IMG/VR virus record: IMGVR_UViG_3300044723_001152
Coordinates: 24,139-88,138 of that record
Direction: 5' to 3' (one strand)
Source of the DNA: a virus
Taxonomy: Duplodnaviria; Caudoviricetes
Length of the DNA stretch: 64,000 nucleotides
The notes beneath the pieces were generated by a model. That model saw only the letters and a program-made list of their open reading frames with translations, was not told the DNA's origin and ran no database searches. A program made the position numbers and the translations under genes. This document shows positions 48,708 through 57,459 of this stretch, in pieces. Position 1 is the first letter of the stretch; every line of letters starts with the position of its first letter.

Positions 48708-49078
48708 TATGATATCCTCAACCACATAGTTCCTCTGGCTTCGTCACTATCTGAATTAAGTGAATGACCCATACATCTCCATGTTCCAGAGCGATTACTT
48801 GCTCCATCATTACCACCAAAACTTACAATATCAAGACCACTTCCTGCTGTTGTGTTACCACCAAAAAATGTTGTGCCACTGACACTATAACAAAGTGCCG
48901 CATAAGAGCCAACAGCATCAAATGCTATACCTGATGTTGCAGTTGCCACATTTGCCGCACTTGGTGCTGGTAAGTTTGTTATATTACTTCCGTTAATCGC
49001 GGATGCCGTGCCTGTTAATTTACTGGCATCCAATGTCTGTGTGCCTGTTACAGTTACACCACCTACTACTAAAGCCAT
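48707..49078 (-). CDS. mini fibre-tip protein (123 aa)
   Basis: AVGSYA...GTWRCMG...MWLRIS C-terminal fibre-tip pattern. Confidence 0.6.
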   Translation of the reverse strand: MALVVGGVTVTGTQTLDASKLTGTASAINGSNITNLPAPSAANVATATSGIAFDAVGSYAALCYSVSGTTFFGGNTTAGSGLDIVSFGGNDGASNRSGTWRCMGHSLNSDSDEARGTMWLRIS

Positions 49079-51033
49079 TACTCTATCTCCTCTAATTTGA
49101 ACTTGTATTTCTTACCGTTCAATCTGTTAAGTATGTATAAGTTATCATCACCCTCTTGTATCGTCCAAGAACCAGAAGTCCCATCGACCTCATTCGCCCT
49201 GTGTCTTGTATTATTCAAGTTTAAGTCACCTGTATATATGTCTCTGAATTGTAGAGAAGCAGAACCTAAATCCTGTGCGTCATCTGACCCTGGTAATAAG
49301 TGACCACTGGAATCAATTTTTAATTTATCAGCCCCAGCAGTTTGAAATCTTAAATTATCTCCGTTATGTTCATAAATAACTGCACCTCGTGAATTTCCTC
49401 CATCATCATTAAAAGCAATTTTACCATTAGAAGTATTACCACTTAAAATTGAAAGCCCACTCGCACCACTTCCTTCTATTACTAATTCATCAGAATCTGT
49501 CGCTACACTCGCACCACTATCAGCGGATCTAATATGAAGTCCAACTCCTAAATCTCCTTCACTACCAACACCCACAACATCATTACCACCACTAATGAAT
49601 AACATGTTAGCGTTACCACTAGTCTCAACCCTAAAGTCTAGGTCATCACCATCCTCGTTGATAACTACTGCCGTATCTGTTATTGTAATTTGGTCATCGT
49701 TGGAAGATGATTGGTCATCAAGTCCTGGTGATGAAACAATGTCTGATGTCACAGCGATTGTACCTGACTTGTCTGGTAAAGTCAATGTTCTATCTGCCGT
49801 TGGATCTGTTACAGCGATTGTCGTTTCGAAACTGTCTGCCGTAGAACCCTCGAATACAATAGTTGGACTATTGATTGTTGGACTCGTTAAAGTTTTATTT
49901 GTTAATGTCTCTGTCGCTGTGATAAGTGATACTGTACCAGTTAGGTCAGGTAACGTGATAGTTCTATCCGCTGTTGGGTCTGTCGCTGTGAGTGTTGTCT
50001 CAAAACTGTCTGCTGTCGAACCCTCGAAGATGAATCCAGTTTGTAGATTAACAGTAGTTGAATCCACAGTTGTTGTTGAACCAGATACTGTTAGGTCACC
50101 TGCGATTGTCACGTTGGCGCCACTCATTGTTAGTGCCGTAGTTGTGCCTGACTTGATGATGAGATTACCACCTGTGTTCGTTAGTGAACCAAATGTAGTA
50201 GTATCATCTTTTAAGAATACGTCTCCGCCACCTGCGTCTAAGATAATATCAGTGGCAGCGTCTAATGTAATATTACCTGTACTGTCAATTTCTTCTATTA
50301 CAGGTGTCGTTAAAGTTTTATTTGTTAGTGTGTCTGTTGTCGCCTTACCAACTAATGTATCTGTCGCATTTGGTAGAGTAATCGTTCTATCAGCGGTTGG
50401 GTCTGTAACAGCGATTGTTGTTTCAAAACTATCTGCCGTACTACCCTCAAAGATAATTGTTGGACTATTAATAGCAGGACTATTAAGAGTTGGGCTTGTT
50501 AATGTTTTATTTGTTAAAGTTTCTGTTGCCGTAGTCAACGATACAGTACCAGTTAGGTCAGGTATTGTGATTGTTCTATCAGCGGTAGGGTCTGTTACTG
50601 ACAAGGTCGTCTCAAAACTGTCTTCCGTGCTACCCTCAAAAATTAGTGAAGTCCCAAATGCGATATCAGATAAGTTGCCCGTTGTGACTACTGTACCAGT
50701 TGCGTCTGGAAAATTGATTGACCTATCTGCGGTTGGATCCACGACACCAATAACTGTCTCAAAACTATCATCAGTTGAACCCTCATTCGTTAGGGTCGTA
50801 AATGTGGTTGCTTGAATTGCTGTTGGTTCAAATCGTGTGTTTGATGAATTATATACTAATGCGTCACCATTTGAAGCACCAGTTGTAATAATTCGTAATG
50901 CGGTAGTTGAACCTGCCCCTAAGGCTGTATAGATTTCGACAAAGTTATCATTAACCTTATCACCACCTACTCTTAAGGTATCACCCGTCCCATCGTTCGC
51001 ACTTGATCCTAATCCTATTGCTTGATATGCCAT
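49078..51033 (-). CDS. gp9/gp10-like baseplate-anchored fibre protein (651 aa)
   Basis: N-terminal IGLGSSANDGTGDTLRVGGDKVNDNFVEIY; 5 FEG modules; C-terminal GDLNL...VDGTSGSWTIQEG...KKYKFKL. Confidence 0.8.
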   Translation of the reverse strand: MAYQAIGLGSSANDGTGDTLRVGGDKVNDNFVEIYTALGAGSTTALRIITTGASNGDALVYNSSNTRFEPTAIQATTFTTLTNEGSTDDSFETVIGVVDPTADRSINFPDATGTVVTTGNLSDIAFGTSLIFEGSTEDSFETTLSVTDPTADRTITIPDLTGTVSLTTATETLTNKTLTSPTLNSPAINSPTIIFEGSTADSFETTIAVTDPTADRTITLPNATDTLVGKATTDTLTNKTLTTPVIEEIDSTGNITLDAATDIILDAGGGDVFLKDDTTTFGSLTNTGGNLIIKSGTTTALTMSGANVTIAGDLTVSGSTTTVDSTTVNLQTGFIFEGSTADSFETTLTATDPTADRTITLPDLTGTVSLITATETLTNKTLTSPTINSPTIVFEGSTADSFETTIAVTDPTADRTLTLPDKSGTIAVTSDIVSSPGLDDQSSSNDDQITITDTAVVINEDGDDLDFRVETSGNANMLFISGGNDVVGVGSEGDLGVGLHIRSADSGASVATDSDELVIEGSGASGLSILSGNTSNGKIAFNDDGGNSRGAVIYEHNGDNLRFQTAGADKLKIDSSGHLLPGSDDAQDLGSASLQFRDIYTGDLNLNNTRHRANEVDGTSGSWTIQEGDDNLYILNRLNGKKYKFKLEEIE

Positions 51034-51039
51034 ATACTC

Positions 51040-51047
51040 TATTTATA
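51040..51047 (-). promoter_or_regulatory. T4 late promoter TATAAATA
   Basis: Exact consensus upstream of the 651-aa gene. Confidence 0.75.
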
Positions 51048-51051
51048 CTCC

Positions 51052-54021
51052 TTACTTAGCGTTATCATCAAAAGTCTTGCCTGTCGTATCGAAAGTTGTT
51101 GCCGCAGGACCTGAAGATGAGAAATCGTCTGATTGATACGACACCTCGCACGGTAATGCGAAATTCGTATGTATTGGTAATGTGAAGTCACCAATCTGTA
51201 CCGCGTCACCATCGATAGATGTATTCGTACCCATAATCTTCAAATCGTTCAATGTCTTTAGTGTGATACCAGACATACCATTCGTCTCACCAAATGCCGT
51301 CAAGGCAAAACGACCTACTGTCGCCAGTCTTGGTCCCGCATAGATAACACCAGTCGTTGGTGTCGTTGAGTGAACGGTGGTGTTAGGTGTTCTATCTTGT
51401 CCTAGTTTGAGTGTTATGTCTTGGTTTAAGGTCACCGCCCTGGTGTTCGCTGCTCCCAAAGAGGCATCCAACTCCACTGAACTCTCTGGGTTACTTCGTA
51501 ATGTTGAACCGTCAGTTGCCGTACCTAGTTTTCTACCAAATTTCTCTCCAAAGATAACTGTTAAGATTTCGATTACTTCATCGTCCTCAGTCTTACCAGA
51601 CAATCTAGTGAATCCAGTTTTCATTCTAGCATTTAATCTACTACGAATACTAACCTCACCAGCGAAATAGAAACCAGCAGGGTGTACGGCAGATTTGAGA
51701 TAGTCTCTCCACTCCGTGATACTCTCACCAACTTTTACGATGTATGAATAATCTTGGTAGTATAAACTGTCCTGTATCTTCTTCGTACTCTCTGATATGA
51801 ATCCATCAACACCACTGAACTCTCCATCTGTCTCAATGACCGTGCCAACACTCGAAGACATTATTGCCGTATCAGCACTTCGAACTCGTGCGGTCGCACC
51901 AGAGGTACCACCAGTGAGTGTTACTTTATCATCGAAGGTTCCATCTACCGTGTTCAATGTTAAGATGTTCGTATCTGAATCCAATAATTCTTCCACGACA
52001 GCAGTTGTTGTCGATGTGTCCTCGTTTAACAATCTACTATCATCTGAACCGTTATGTGTGATTGTGAGATAGTCTGTCGTGTCTGCTACCTCATATACCG
52101 TGTTGACAATTTTATCACCATCTTCCGTGATTATCTTATCTTGTTCGAAACCATCGAAGACTGGATCTGTCACCAGTTCCTCGAAGGCGATACTATCACC
52201 ATCCTCTGTTATCAAGTCACCCTGTTCGCCATCTAATCGTATCACCGCTTGTCTGTGATCCTCTAACAGTATCGCATAATCTAATTCTTGGAATGGTTCT
52301 AGGATTATGTTATCTTCTTTCGTTGAACTCACCGTCTCATTTACAGCGAACGCACCTGATACGTTATCAATCTGCATGTGTAACTTAGGTAGTATCCCAG
52401 GTGGTTCTTCGTATCTGAATCCTTGGTCGATTGGTTTAACTGATAATGCTTTACCAATACTATCTGATACAGGGAATACATCTGCCCCACTACCACCAGA
52501 TGATGTGACCGTAACTGTTGGTAGTGATAGGTAACCACCACCAGCATTTGTAATTAAAATTTTTGTGATATCATTTGTGCCAGAGTTAGTCTGTGCCTCC
52601 ATGACGAGTTGGTCAGTTGAACTGCCTTCTAACATGATGATACCATCGTCTAGTGTATCTTGTTCTAATGTGAAACCACCATTGACTACGGCAACCTTAC
52701 CTGCCAGACCAGAACCATGTGTTGGATTTGTGACGTTTAAAACATCACCCTCAGCGTAACCACTACCACCATCATCAACGATTATGTTATCGACACTACC
52801 ATAAGATGTGTTATCAATCTGTGCGACCATGCCACCCCCACCTCTTTGTTCGTTAGGGTCTATAGCAACTTGTTCACCAACCGTATAGTAACGTCCTGGT
52901 TCTGATACCGTCACATCATCTACGATAGAATGAACCGTACATGTTAAGGTAACATCTGGATCATCATTTGGAACACCAGTGAGTGTCGATGAAGTCTGTT
53001 GTAATACACTTGATCCATCTTCGTTTAGTATTTGACTATCAGTTTCCAACAACATCGTATCACCATTGTTGGTGACGAATGTACCACTGATACTCGCCTT
53101 ATTCAATATGAGTGTCGCAACATCTCTCTGGATACCACCAAGTTGAACACTTGATACAGATACATCTTCTACCGTTGCTGTCGCCAGGTTGACGTTAGTA
53201 TTACCAACGATGTTCGCCTGTGTTATCGTCTGTCCTTTTAGTTTCGTCATATCACCATCTGTTGGTGATACCAATGTAATCTTCAATATGTTTGATGTGT
53301 TGAACTTACCAGCAGACACTCTCAACATGTCAACTGTTGGGTAGTATAACTCTGGTGTCTCGTTTAACAACGCACGGAAGAAAATTTCGTGTCCCTTCTT
53401 CGTGCCTTTTCTCTTATACAATGATAAGATATTCTTCGTCAGTTGTCTCTTATTTAATCCATCTGTGAGGCTATTTGGTATCGTCTGTAAGAATGTGTTC
53501 CTAAACTGAACGAAGAAGTCATCTATCGTATCATTGACGTCCGCATATTCTAATAGTTGGGTTAGTGTCTCGTTAGGGTTACCACGATACTTACCAATGA
53601 TACCTTCAGCGCCAGATGAACTACCTGTGATGGTCTCACCAGTCACAAATAAACTGTTAGCACTAATATAAATTTTTAGATTGTCCGTGTCCTCTGCCAG
53701 TATCGTTGCCGTCTGACCAGAGGTAGAACCTGTTATCGTCTCACCCTTTGTGAACTCACCAACACTACCTTCTTCGTTGAGTATGTAATCATTCTCGTTA
53801 TTACTCTTATCGTCTGTGCCATCTAGTGCCAGGAAACCCTCTGATGCCGTCTCTAATAATATCTGGTCTGAAGCCGTGACACTCGATAACGTAATCTGTG
53901 CCGCCTCCATATAGACGTAGTATTGTTTTAGAAACTCCGCTAATAGTGGATTGTTAGCCTGTATGTGTTGGGGTAACTGTCTGTTAACTAACGGACTTAA
54001 TTTCTTGTTGAACTTAGCCAT
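51052..54021 (-). CDS. gp7: baseplate wedge initiator
   Basis: QLPQHI...FLKQYY, LYKRKGTKKGHEIFFRALL, KIQDSLYYQDYSYIVK, SAVHPAGF; follows gp6. Confidence 0.8.
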   Translation of the reverse strand: MAKFNKKLSPLVNRQLPQHIQANNPLLAEFLKQYYVYMEAAQITLSSVTASDQILLETASEGFLALDGTDDKSNNENDYILNEEGSVGEFTKGETITGSTSGQTATILAEDTDNLKIYISANSLFVTGETITGSSSGAEGIIGKYRGNPNETLTQLLEYADVNDTIDDFFVQFRNTFLQTIPNSLTDGLNKRQLTKNILSLYKRKGTKKGHEIFFRALLNETPELYYPTVDMLRVSAGKFNTSNILKITLVSPTDGDMTKLKGQTITQANIVGNTNVNLATATVEDVSVSSVQLGGIQRDVATLILNKASISGTFVTNNGDTMLLETDSQILNEDGSSVLQQTSSTLTGVPNDDPDVTLTCTVHSIVDDVTVSEPGRYYTVGEQVAIDPNEQRGGGGMVAQIDNTSYGSVDNIIVDDGGSGYAEGDVLNVTNPTHGSGLAGKVAVVNGGFTLEQDTLDDGIIMLEGSSTDQLVMEAQTNSGTNDITKILITNAGGGYLSLPTVTVTSSGGSGADVFPVSDSIGKALSVKPIDQGFRYEEPPGILPKLHMQIDNVSGAFAVNETVSSTKEDNIILEPFQELDYAILLEDHRQAVIRLDGEQGDLITEDGDSIAFEELVTDPVFDGFEQDKIITEDGDKIVNTVYEVADTTDYLTITHNGSDDSRLLNEDTSTTTAVVEELLDSDTNILTLNTVDGTFDDKVTLTGGTSGATARVRSADTAIMSSSVGTVIETDGEFSGVDGFISESTKKIQDSLYYQDYSYIVKVGESITEWRDYLKSAVHPAGFYFAGEVSIRSRLNARMKTGFTRLSGKTEDDEVIEILTVIFGEKFGRKLGTATDGSTLRSNPESSVELDASLGAANTRAVTLNQDITLKLGQDRTPNTTVHSTTPTTGVIYAGPRLATVGRFALTAFGETNGMSGITLKTLNDLKIMGTNTSIDGDAVQIGDFTLPIHTNFALPCEVSYQSDDFSSSGPAATTFDTTGKTFDDNAK

Positions 54022-54024
54022 AGA

Positions 54025-55872
54025 TTAAGCATAACTTGTTGTTGTTGTATAACCTATACCTGAAGTTGTATCGAAGTCATCAGCCGTTACAGTTGTCGTA
54101 GTATTTGTTTCATCAATCTCTATGACCTGGTTACGAACTGGTTTGATATCAATTGAGTTTGGCACAACTGTTAATCTTACCGCCGTTGATGTAGAACCAT
54201 CAACGTCTGACACTTCGCTTATATGTAATGAGTTTAACACAATCTGTCCAGTCGTGTAGTTAATCGTACCTTGAGTATTGTTCGTGTATGTTCGAACACC
54301 TGCGGTGATGTAGTATAACCTCACATTACCCTGTCCGTCTTCGTCTAAGAAATATTCGTTAGTCGTATCGCCAGAGATTTTGAAACCACTCGAAACTAAT
54401 ATACCACCAGCACTTGCGTTATGCCCACTATGTGGATTATAAAATGCGTTGTTGAAACTTATCGTGTAAGTTGTCGTACCAGTCGTTGTCGCTGTGAATG
54501 ACTTATGTAATTTTACCGTGGTGATGTTTGATAGTATCGCCGTATCAACCTTGTTTATCGTCTCTATGAATTTACTGTGTCTGAACATCTGGTCGAACTG
54601 TTGTAGGTTGTTCTCGTTGTATGTTGTAATCGTATTCTGAACTAATGACTTGATTGTATCAGGTGCCTTAGTTGTTGCCTTCTGGTCATACTTGACCACG
54701 ACATTTAACTGAATGAAAGTTGTCTCTGGATCCTCTATTACTGGTGTGATACTCGCAACGTTGAAGTCTTTCAACTGTGTGACGATATCTGATTTGTTAC
54801 TCTCTGTAACTGTGACACCAGATTTTGGATTGATAGAGATATAGACACGACCATAAACTGGTGTGCTGTTATCCTCACCACCCCATACCTGAACTGACTT
54901 AGCGTTAGGGAAGATTGTCTTCACCCTCGCTTCGTAATCTTTTGTTGTCACGGCACGGTTCTGTGAAGCGTACTGTCTTGGTGCGTTGAAACGAATACTG
55001 TCTGGTGTTTCTGGTTCTGCCCCACCTGATGAATTACTCGCCGTTGTGATAGTCGCTGATGAACTACCTGCGATGTTACCAGATAGACTGAAAGATGTGG
55101 CACCGTTACTGCCTGTGCCACTCGTCACTATGTAAGATAGTGTGACGATGTTGCCTGTTGATAATGCCTTACCTAGGACACCATCACCAAATATAACTTC
55201 GTACTGTTCATCTTCGACACCCTCTAGGTAATAGACCGTTGATGTAGATATAACATCTGCCAAGTCTGTTGACTTCGTGTAAGTTACCGTGGTCGTATCA
55301 CTTGAACTATTTTGAACTGTTACCTGTAGCGTTGTCGTATCCGCAAATTTATTCTTAATTAAAAATCTTTGGTCAGCGTTTGTAACGTCAACCGTATATT
55401 TGTTATTAACTAACGTGCCCTCATAGACTGGTAATTCAGAAAATGTATAGACACCTGAAACTGGTGAGATTGTCGTATCATCTTTAACAATATAGTTGTA
55501 AGATGTACCATCAACTGTTGTTGTGAAAGTTGTACCTCTTGCCGCGGTAGCACTTGATCCTGTCAAGTCAGAAACAACCACATTTAATTTCGCAATTGGT
55601 GAGGTCGCACTTCTTGGTGTGTAACCTACATGTTTCGCATGTGAGACGATACTGTTTCGTATGTCCGCACTATCTAGGAACATCTCGTTGGCGAGAACAT
55701 TGGCATAGACCGCGTTGTAGTGTGTGTTGTATGCCAAGACATCTAGTAGAGTTGATATCGTACTCCCTTCGAAATCATAGTCAGTAAATTGGTCTTGTTG
55801 ACGTAGAAACGTCTTCATATTATTTTTTATATCGTCAAAGTCTAAACTGGTGACACTTAATCTCTTTGCCAT
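54025..55872 (-). CDS. gp6: baseplate wedge subunit
   Basis: LDFDDIKNN, DYDFEGS, LAYNTHYNA, FGDGVLGK, QNRAVT..DY, WGGEDN. Confidence 0.95.
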   Translation of the reverse strand: MAKRLSVTSLDFDDIKNNMKTFLRQQDQFTDYDFEGSTISTLLDVLAYNTHYNAVYANVLANEMFLDSADIRNSIVSHAKHVGYTPRSATSPIAKLNVVVSDLTGSSATAARGTTFTTTVDGTSYNYIVKDDTTISPVSGVYTFSELPVYEGTLVNNKYTVDVTNADQRFLIKNKFADTTTLQVTVQNSSSDTTTVTYTKSTDLADVISTSTVYYLEGVEDEQYEVIFGDGVLGKALSTGNIVTLSYIVTSGTGSNGATSFSLSGNIAGSSSATITTASNSSGGAEPETPDSIRFNAPRQYASQNRAVTTKDYEARVKTIFPNAKSVQVWGGEDNSTPVYGRVYISINPKSGVTVTESNKSDIVTQLKDFNVASITPVIEDPETTFIQLNVVVKYDQKATTKAPDTIKSLVQNTITTYNENNLQQFDQMFRHSKFIETINKVDTAILSNITTVKLHKSFTATTTGTTTYTISFNNAFYNPHSGHNASAGGILVSSGFKISGDTTNEYFLDEDGQGNVRLYYITAGVRTYTNNTQGTINYTTGQIVLNSLHISEVSDVDGSTSTAVRLTVVPNSIDIKPVRNQVIEIDETNTTTTVTADDFDTTSGIGYTTTTSYA

Positions 55873-56315
55873 TATCTACTTCTTTCTAACATTGTTGTTA
55901 AGGTTATTAATTCACCTGGTACATTAACGACATAAAAACTGATAGTCACTTCGTAACTATTTCTATCTGGTTGCGCTGAGGCGATTACAGATACAAGTCT
56001 GGCACGTGGCTCAAAATTTTCTATGACCTCAGATACGGCACGTTGTAATACGTTTGCCGTGATAGGGTTCATTGGTTCAAACAATAGTGCCGCCACACTC
56101 GACCCAATCTCTGGGTGGAATGGTCTCTCGTAATGATTTGTTAATATCAGGTTACGGACAGATTGTTTGACAGCCTCAACGTCCTTCTTCACAATCAGAT
56201 CCTTGGTAGCCACGTTCTTCTCAAAAGAAAGTGCCAAGTCACTATAAAGTCTCGTACTCCTGGCACTCGCATTGGTGCCACTTGCGTCTCTATATCCTGA
56301 TTGTAGTATTGCCAT
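55872..56315 (-). CDS. gp25: baseplate wedge subunit
   Basis: AVKQSVRNLILTNHYERPFHPEIGS, IENFEPR; GATAAATA late-promoter variant at 56322-56329. Confidence 0.93.
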   Translation of the reverse strand: MAILQSGYRDASGTNASARSTRLYSDLALSFEKNVATKDLIVKKDVEAVKQSVRNLILTNHYERPFHPEIGSSVAALLFEPMNPITANVLQRAVSEVIENFEPRARLVSVIASAQPDRNSYEVTISFYVVNVPGELITLTTMLERSR

Positions 56316-56332
56316 GATAACTATTTATCAAG

Positions 56333-56593
56333 TTACCCAGCGAAAACGTTAGAACTCCCTGAACTTCTTGTATGGGCGCAGGTGTCAGCGTCACCTTGAC
56401 GATTGACTGGTTTGCCATTCGCATTGACACTACCACTACCATTGGCAGTTTTAACTCCTATATGCCCTACTGGGTGTGCCGAGACACTATCTCCATCTAC
56501 GGAGATGGGTTGCCCATTCACATTGACGTTACGACTAGAACTAACGATACCGCCACCAGTATTGCTATCACCATTTCGATGGACACTAGGCAC
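56333..56593 (-). CDS. PAAR-like spike-tip protein (gp5.4-like, 86 aa; GTG start at 56593)
   Basis: MPSVHRNGD...VNVNGQP...GD...H...GSGSVNANGKPVNRQGD...C.H...GSSNVFAG. Confidence 0.85.
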   Translation of the reverse strand: MPSVHRNGDSNTGGGIVSSSRNVNVNGQPISVDGDSVSAHPVGHIGVKTANGSGSVNANGKPVNRQGDADTCAHTRSSGSSNVFAG

Positions 56594-56720
56594 TACCCTG
56601 TCCCCTGGACTTGGTGTGTTGGCGTCTCTTTTGTTTGTTCTTAGGCCTTGACCTACAACTGTTACCAATAGATGTGCGTTTCTTTGGACCCTGTCTATAA
56701 TTATTATTACTTATAGCCAT
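56586..56720 (-). CDS. basic microprotein (44 aa)
   Basis: Hand translation MAISNNNYRQGPKKRTSIGNSCRSRPKNKQKRRQHTKSRGQGSA; TAATG-coupled; resembles the PKK...RGQG peptide found near baseplate genes of T4-like marine phages. Confidence 0.7.
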   Translation of the reverse strand: MAISNNNYRQGPKKRTSIGNSCRSRPKNKQKRRQHTKSRGQGSA

Positions 56721-56812
56721 TACCCGTGCTCACAATTCGCACATTCACAACTCTGGCAAGATCCACCACTAGAACAGTGGCATCCGTGTTCACAATTTAT
56801 ACATGTACCCAT
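56720..56812 (-). CDS. metallothionein-like microprotein (30 aa, 8 Cys, 3 His)
   Basis: Hand translation MGTCINCEHGCHCSSGGSCQSCECANCEHG; AGAGGA RBS; TAATG overlaps at both ends. Confidence 0.75.
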   Translation of the reverse strand: MGTCINCEHGCHCSSGGSCQSCECANCEHG

Positions 56813-56988
56813 TATTTCCTCTCTTTCTTCTTGGCAGCCTTCTTCTTCTTTTTGACTACTTTCTTTTTCTTCTTCTTTGGTTCTTCTGGTGTGCCAAAGT
56901 GTTCTGCCAGGTTCTTCGTCTTACCCTTCTTACTCTTTGGTTGCCATAAACTATCTGTCATTGTCCATAATTTGTCTAAAAATCCCAT
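56812..56988 (-). CDS. lysine-rich microprotein (58 aa, 21 Lys)
   Basis: Hand translation MGFLDKLWTMTDSLWQPKSKKGKTKNLAEHFGTPEEPKKKKKKVVKKKKKAAKKKERK; GGAGA RBS. Confidence 0.7.
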   Translation of the reverse strand: MGFLDKLWTMTDSLWQPKSKKGKTKNLAEHFGTPEEPKKKKKKVVKKKKKAAKKKERK

Positions 56989-57041
56989 AAAATCTCCACT
57001 TGTTGTAAAAATACAACACTTTTTATTTGTTCAATATTACT

Positions 57042-57053
57042 AAGTCATTGAAA
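57042..57053 (+). promoter_or_regulatory. upstream motif AAGTCATTGAAA, 38 nt before the -35 box
   Basis: Counterpart of 2263-2274. Confidence 0.5.
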
Positions 57054-57091
57054 AACAACACTTTTAATTTAAAAAAAAGTGTATTTTTTAT

Positions 57092-57120
57092 TTGACTTTC
57101 TATTATTTATAGTATATAGT
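57092..57120 (+). promoter_or_regulatory. sigma70-type early promoter
   Basis: TTGACT (57092-57097), 17 nt, TATAGT (57115-57120). Confidence 0.75.
57104..57111 (-). promoter_or_regulatory. T4 late promoter TATAAATA nested in the spacer of the opposite-strand early promoter
   Basis: Exact consensus; upstream of the microprotein-PAAR run. Confidence 0.6.
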
Positions 57121-57152
57121 ATACCTATAATAACAAAGAAAGAGACTATATT

Positions 57153-57392
57153 ATGAGAATCAAAACTACTAGAAACAACTTATTAAAATATAAAAATACT
57201 CCATTTGACGGACAAGATTATGAGACTGCGGCTAACCTTATCTATGGTAGACAGTTTATTGCCGCTACTAATTTTATTGATAGATTAGATACAATGGTTA
57301 GAGATACAATGAAAATTGTTATCATCAAATCATGTCCAAAGATTTCTATGGAAATGTTTGGTGCGACAGAATTTTTATACGGAGACGAATAA
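57153..57392 (+). CDS. early hypothetical protein (79 aa)
   Basis: ORF directly behind a promoter cassette. Confidence 0.7.
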   Translation: MRIKTTRNNLLKYKNTPFDGQDYETAANLIYGRQFIAATNFIDRLDTMVRDTMKIVIIKSCPKISMEMFGATEFLYGDE

Positions 57393-57398
57393 TAACGC

Positions 57399-57427
57399 TT
57401 GACAAATACATCATTGTGGTGTATAGT
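57399..57427 (+). promoter_or_regulatory. sigma70-type early promoter
   Basis: TTGACA (57399-57404), 17 nt, TATAGT (57422-57427). Confidence 0.8.
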
Positions 57428-57459
57428 ATAACTATAATAACAAAGAAAGAGACTATATT

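Larger units (their letters stand above)
26710..51033 (-). repeat. dispersed coding repeat family shared by five fibre genes
   Basis: 22 copies of (F/N)EGxT.DSFET....DP..DR/DI.. counted in the translations (4+3+7+3+5), plus about 11 LDAxxDIxLDAxG.D..LKD.GT modules and 5 IDL..NT..G.LxEFNxALQ modules. Confidence 0.85.

Noticed and set aside
26710-51033. CRISPR-like array suggested by recurring 30-50 bp sequences
   Set aside because: The repeats are in-frame coding modules with synonymous variation and irregular spacing, and there are no cas genes.
56726-57043. 105-aa plus-strand hydrophobic ORF
   Set aside because: Antisense shadow of the Lys-rich and Cys-rich microproteins (poly-Lys reads as poly-Phe).
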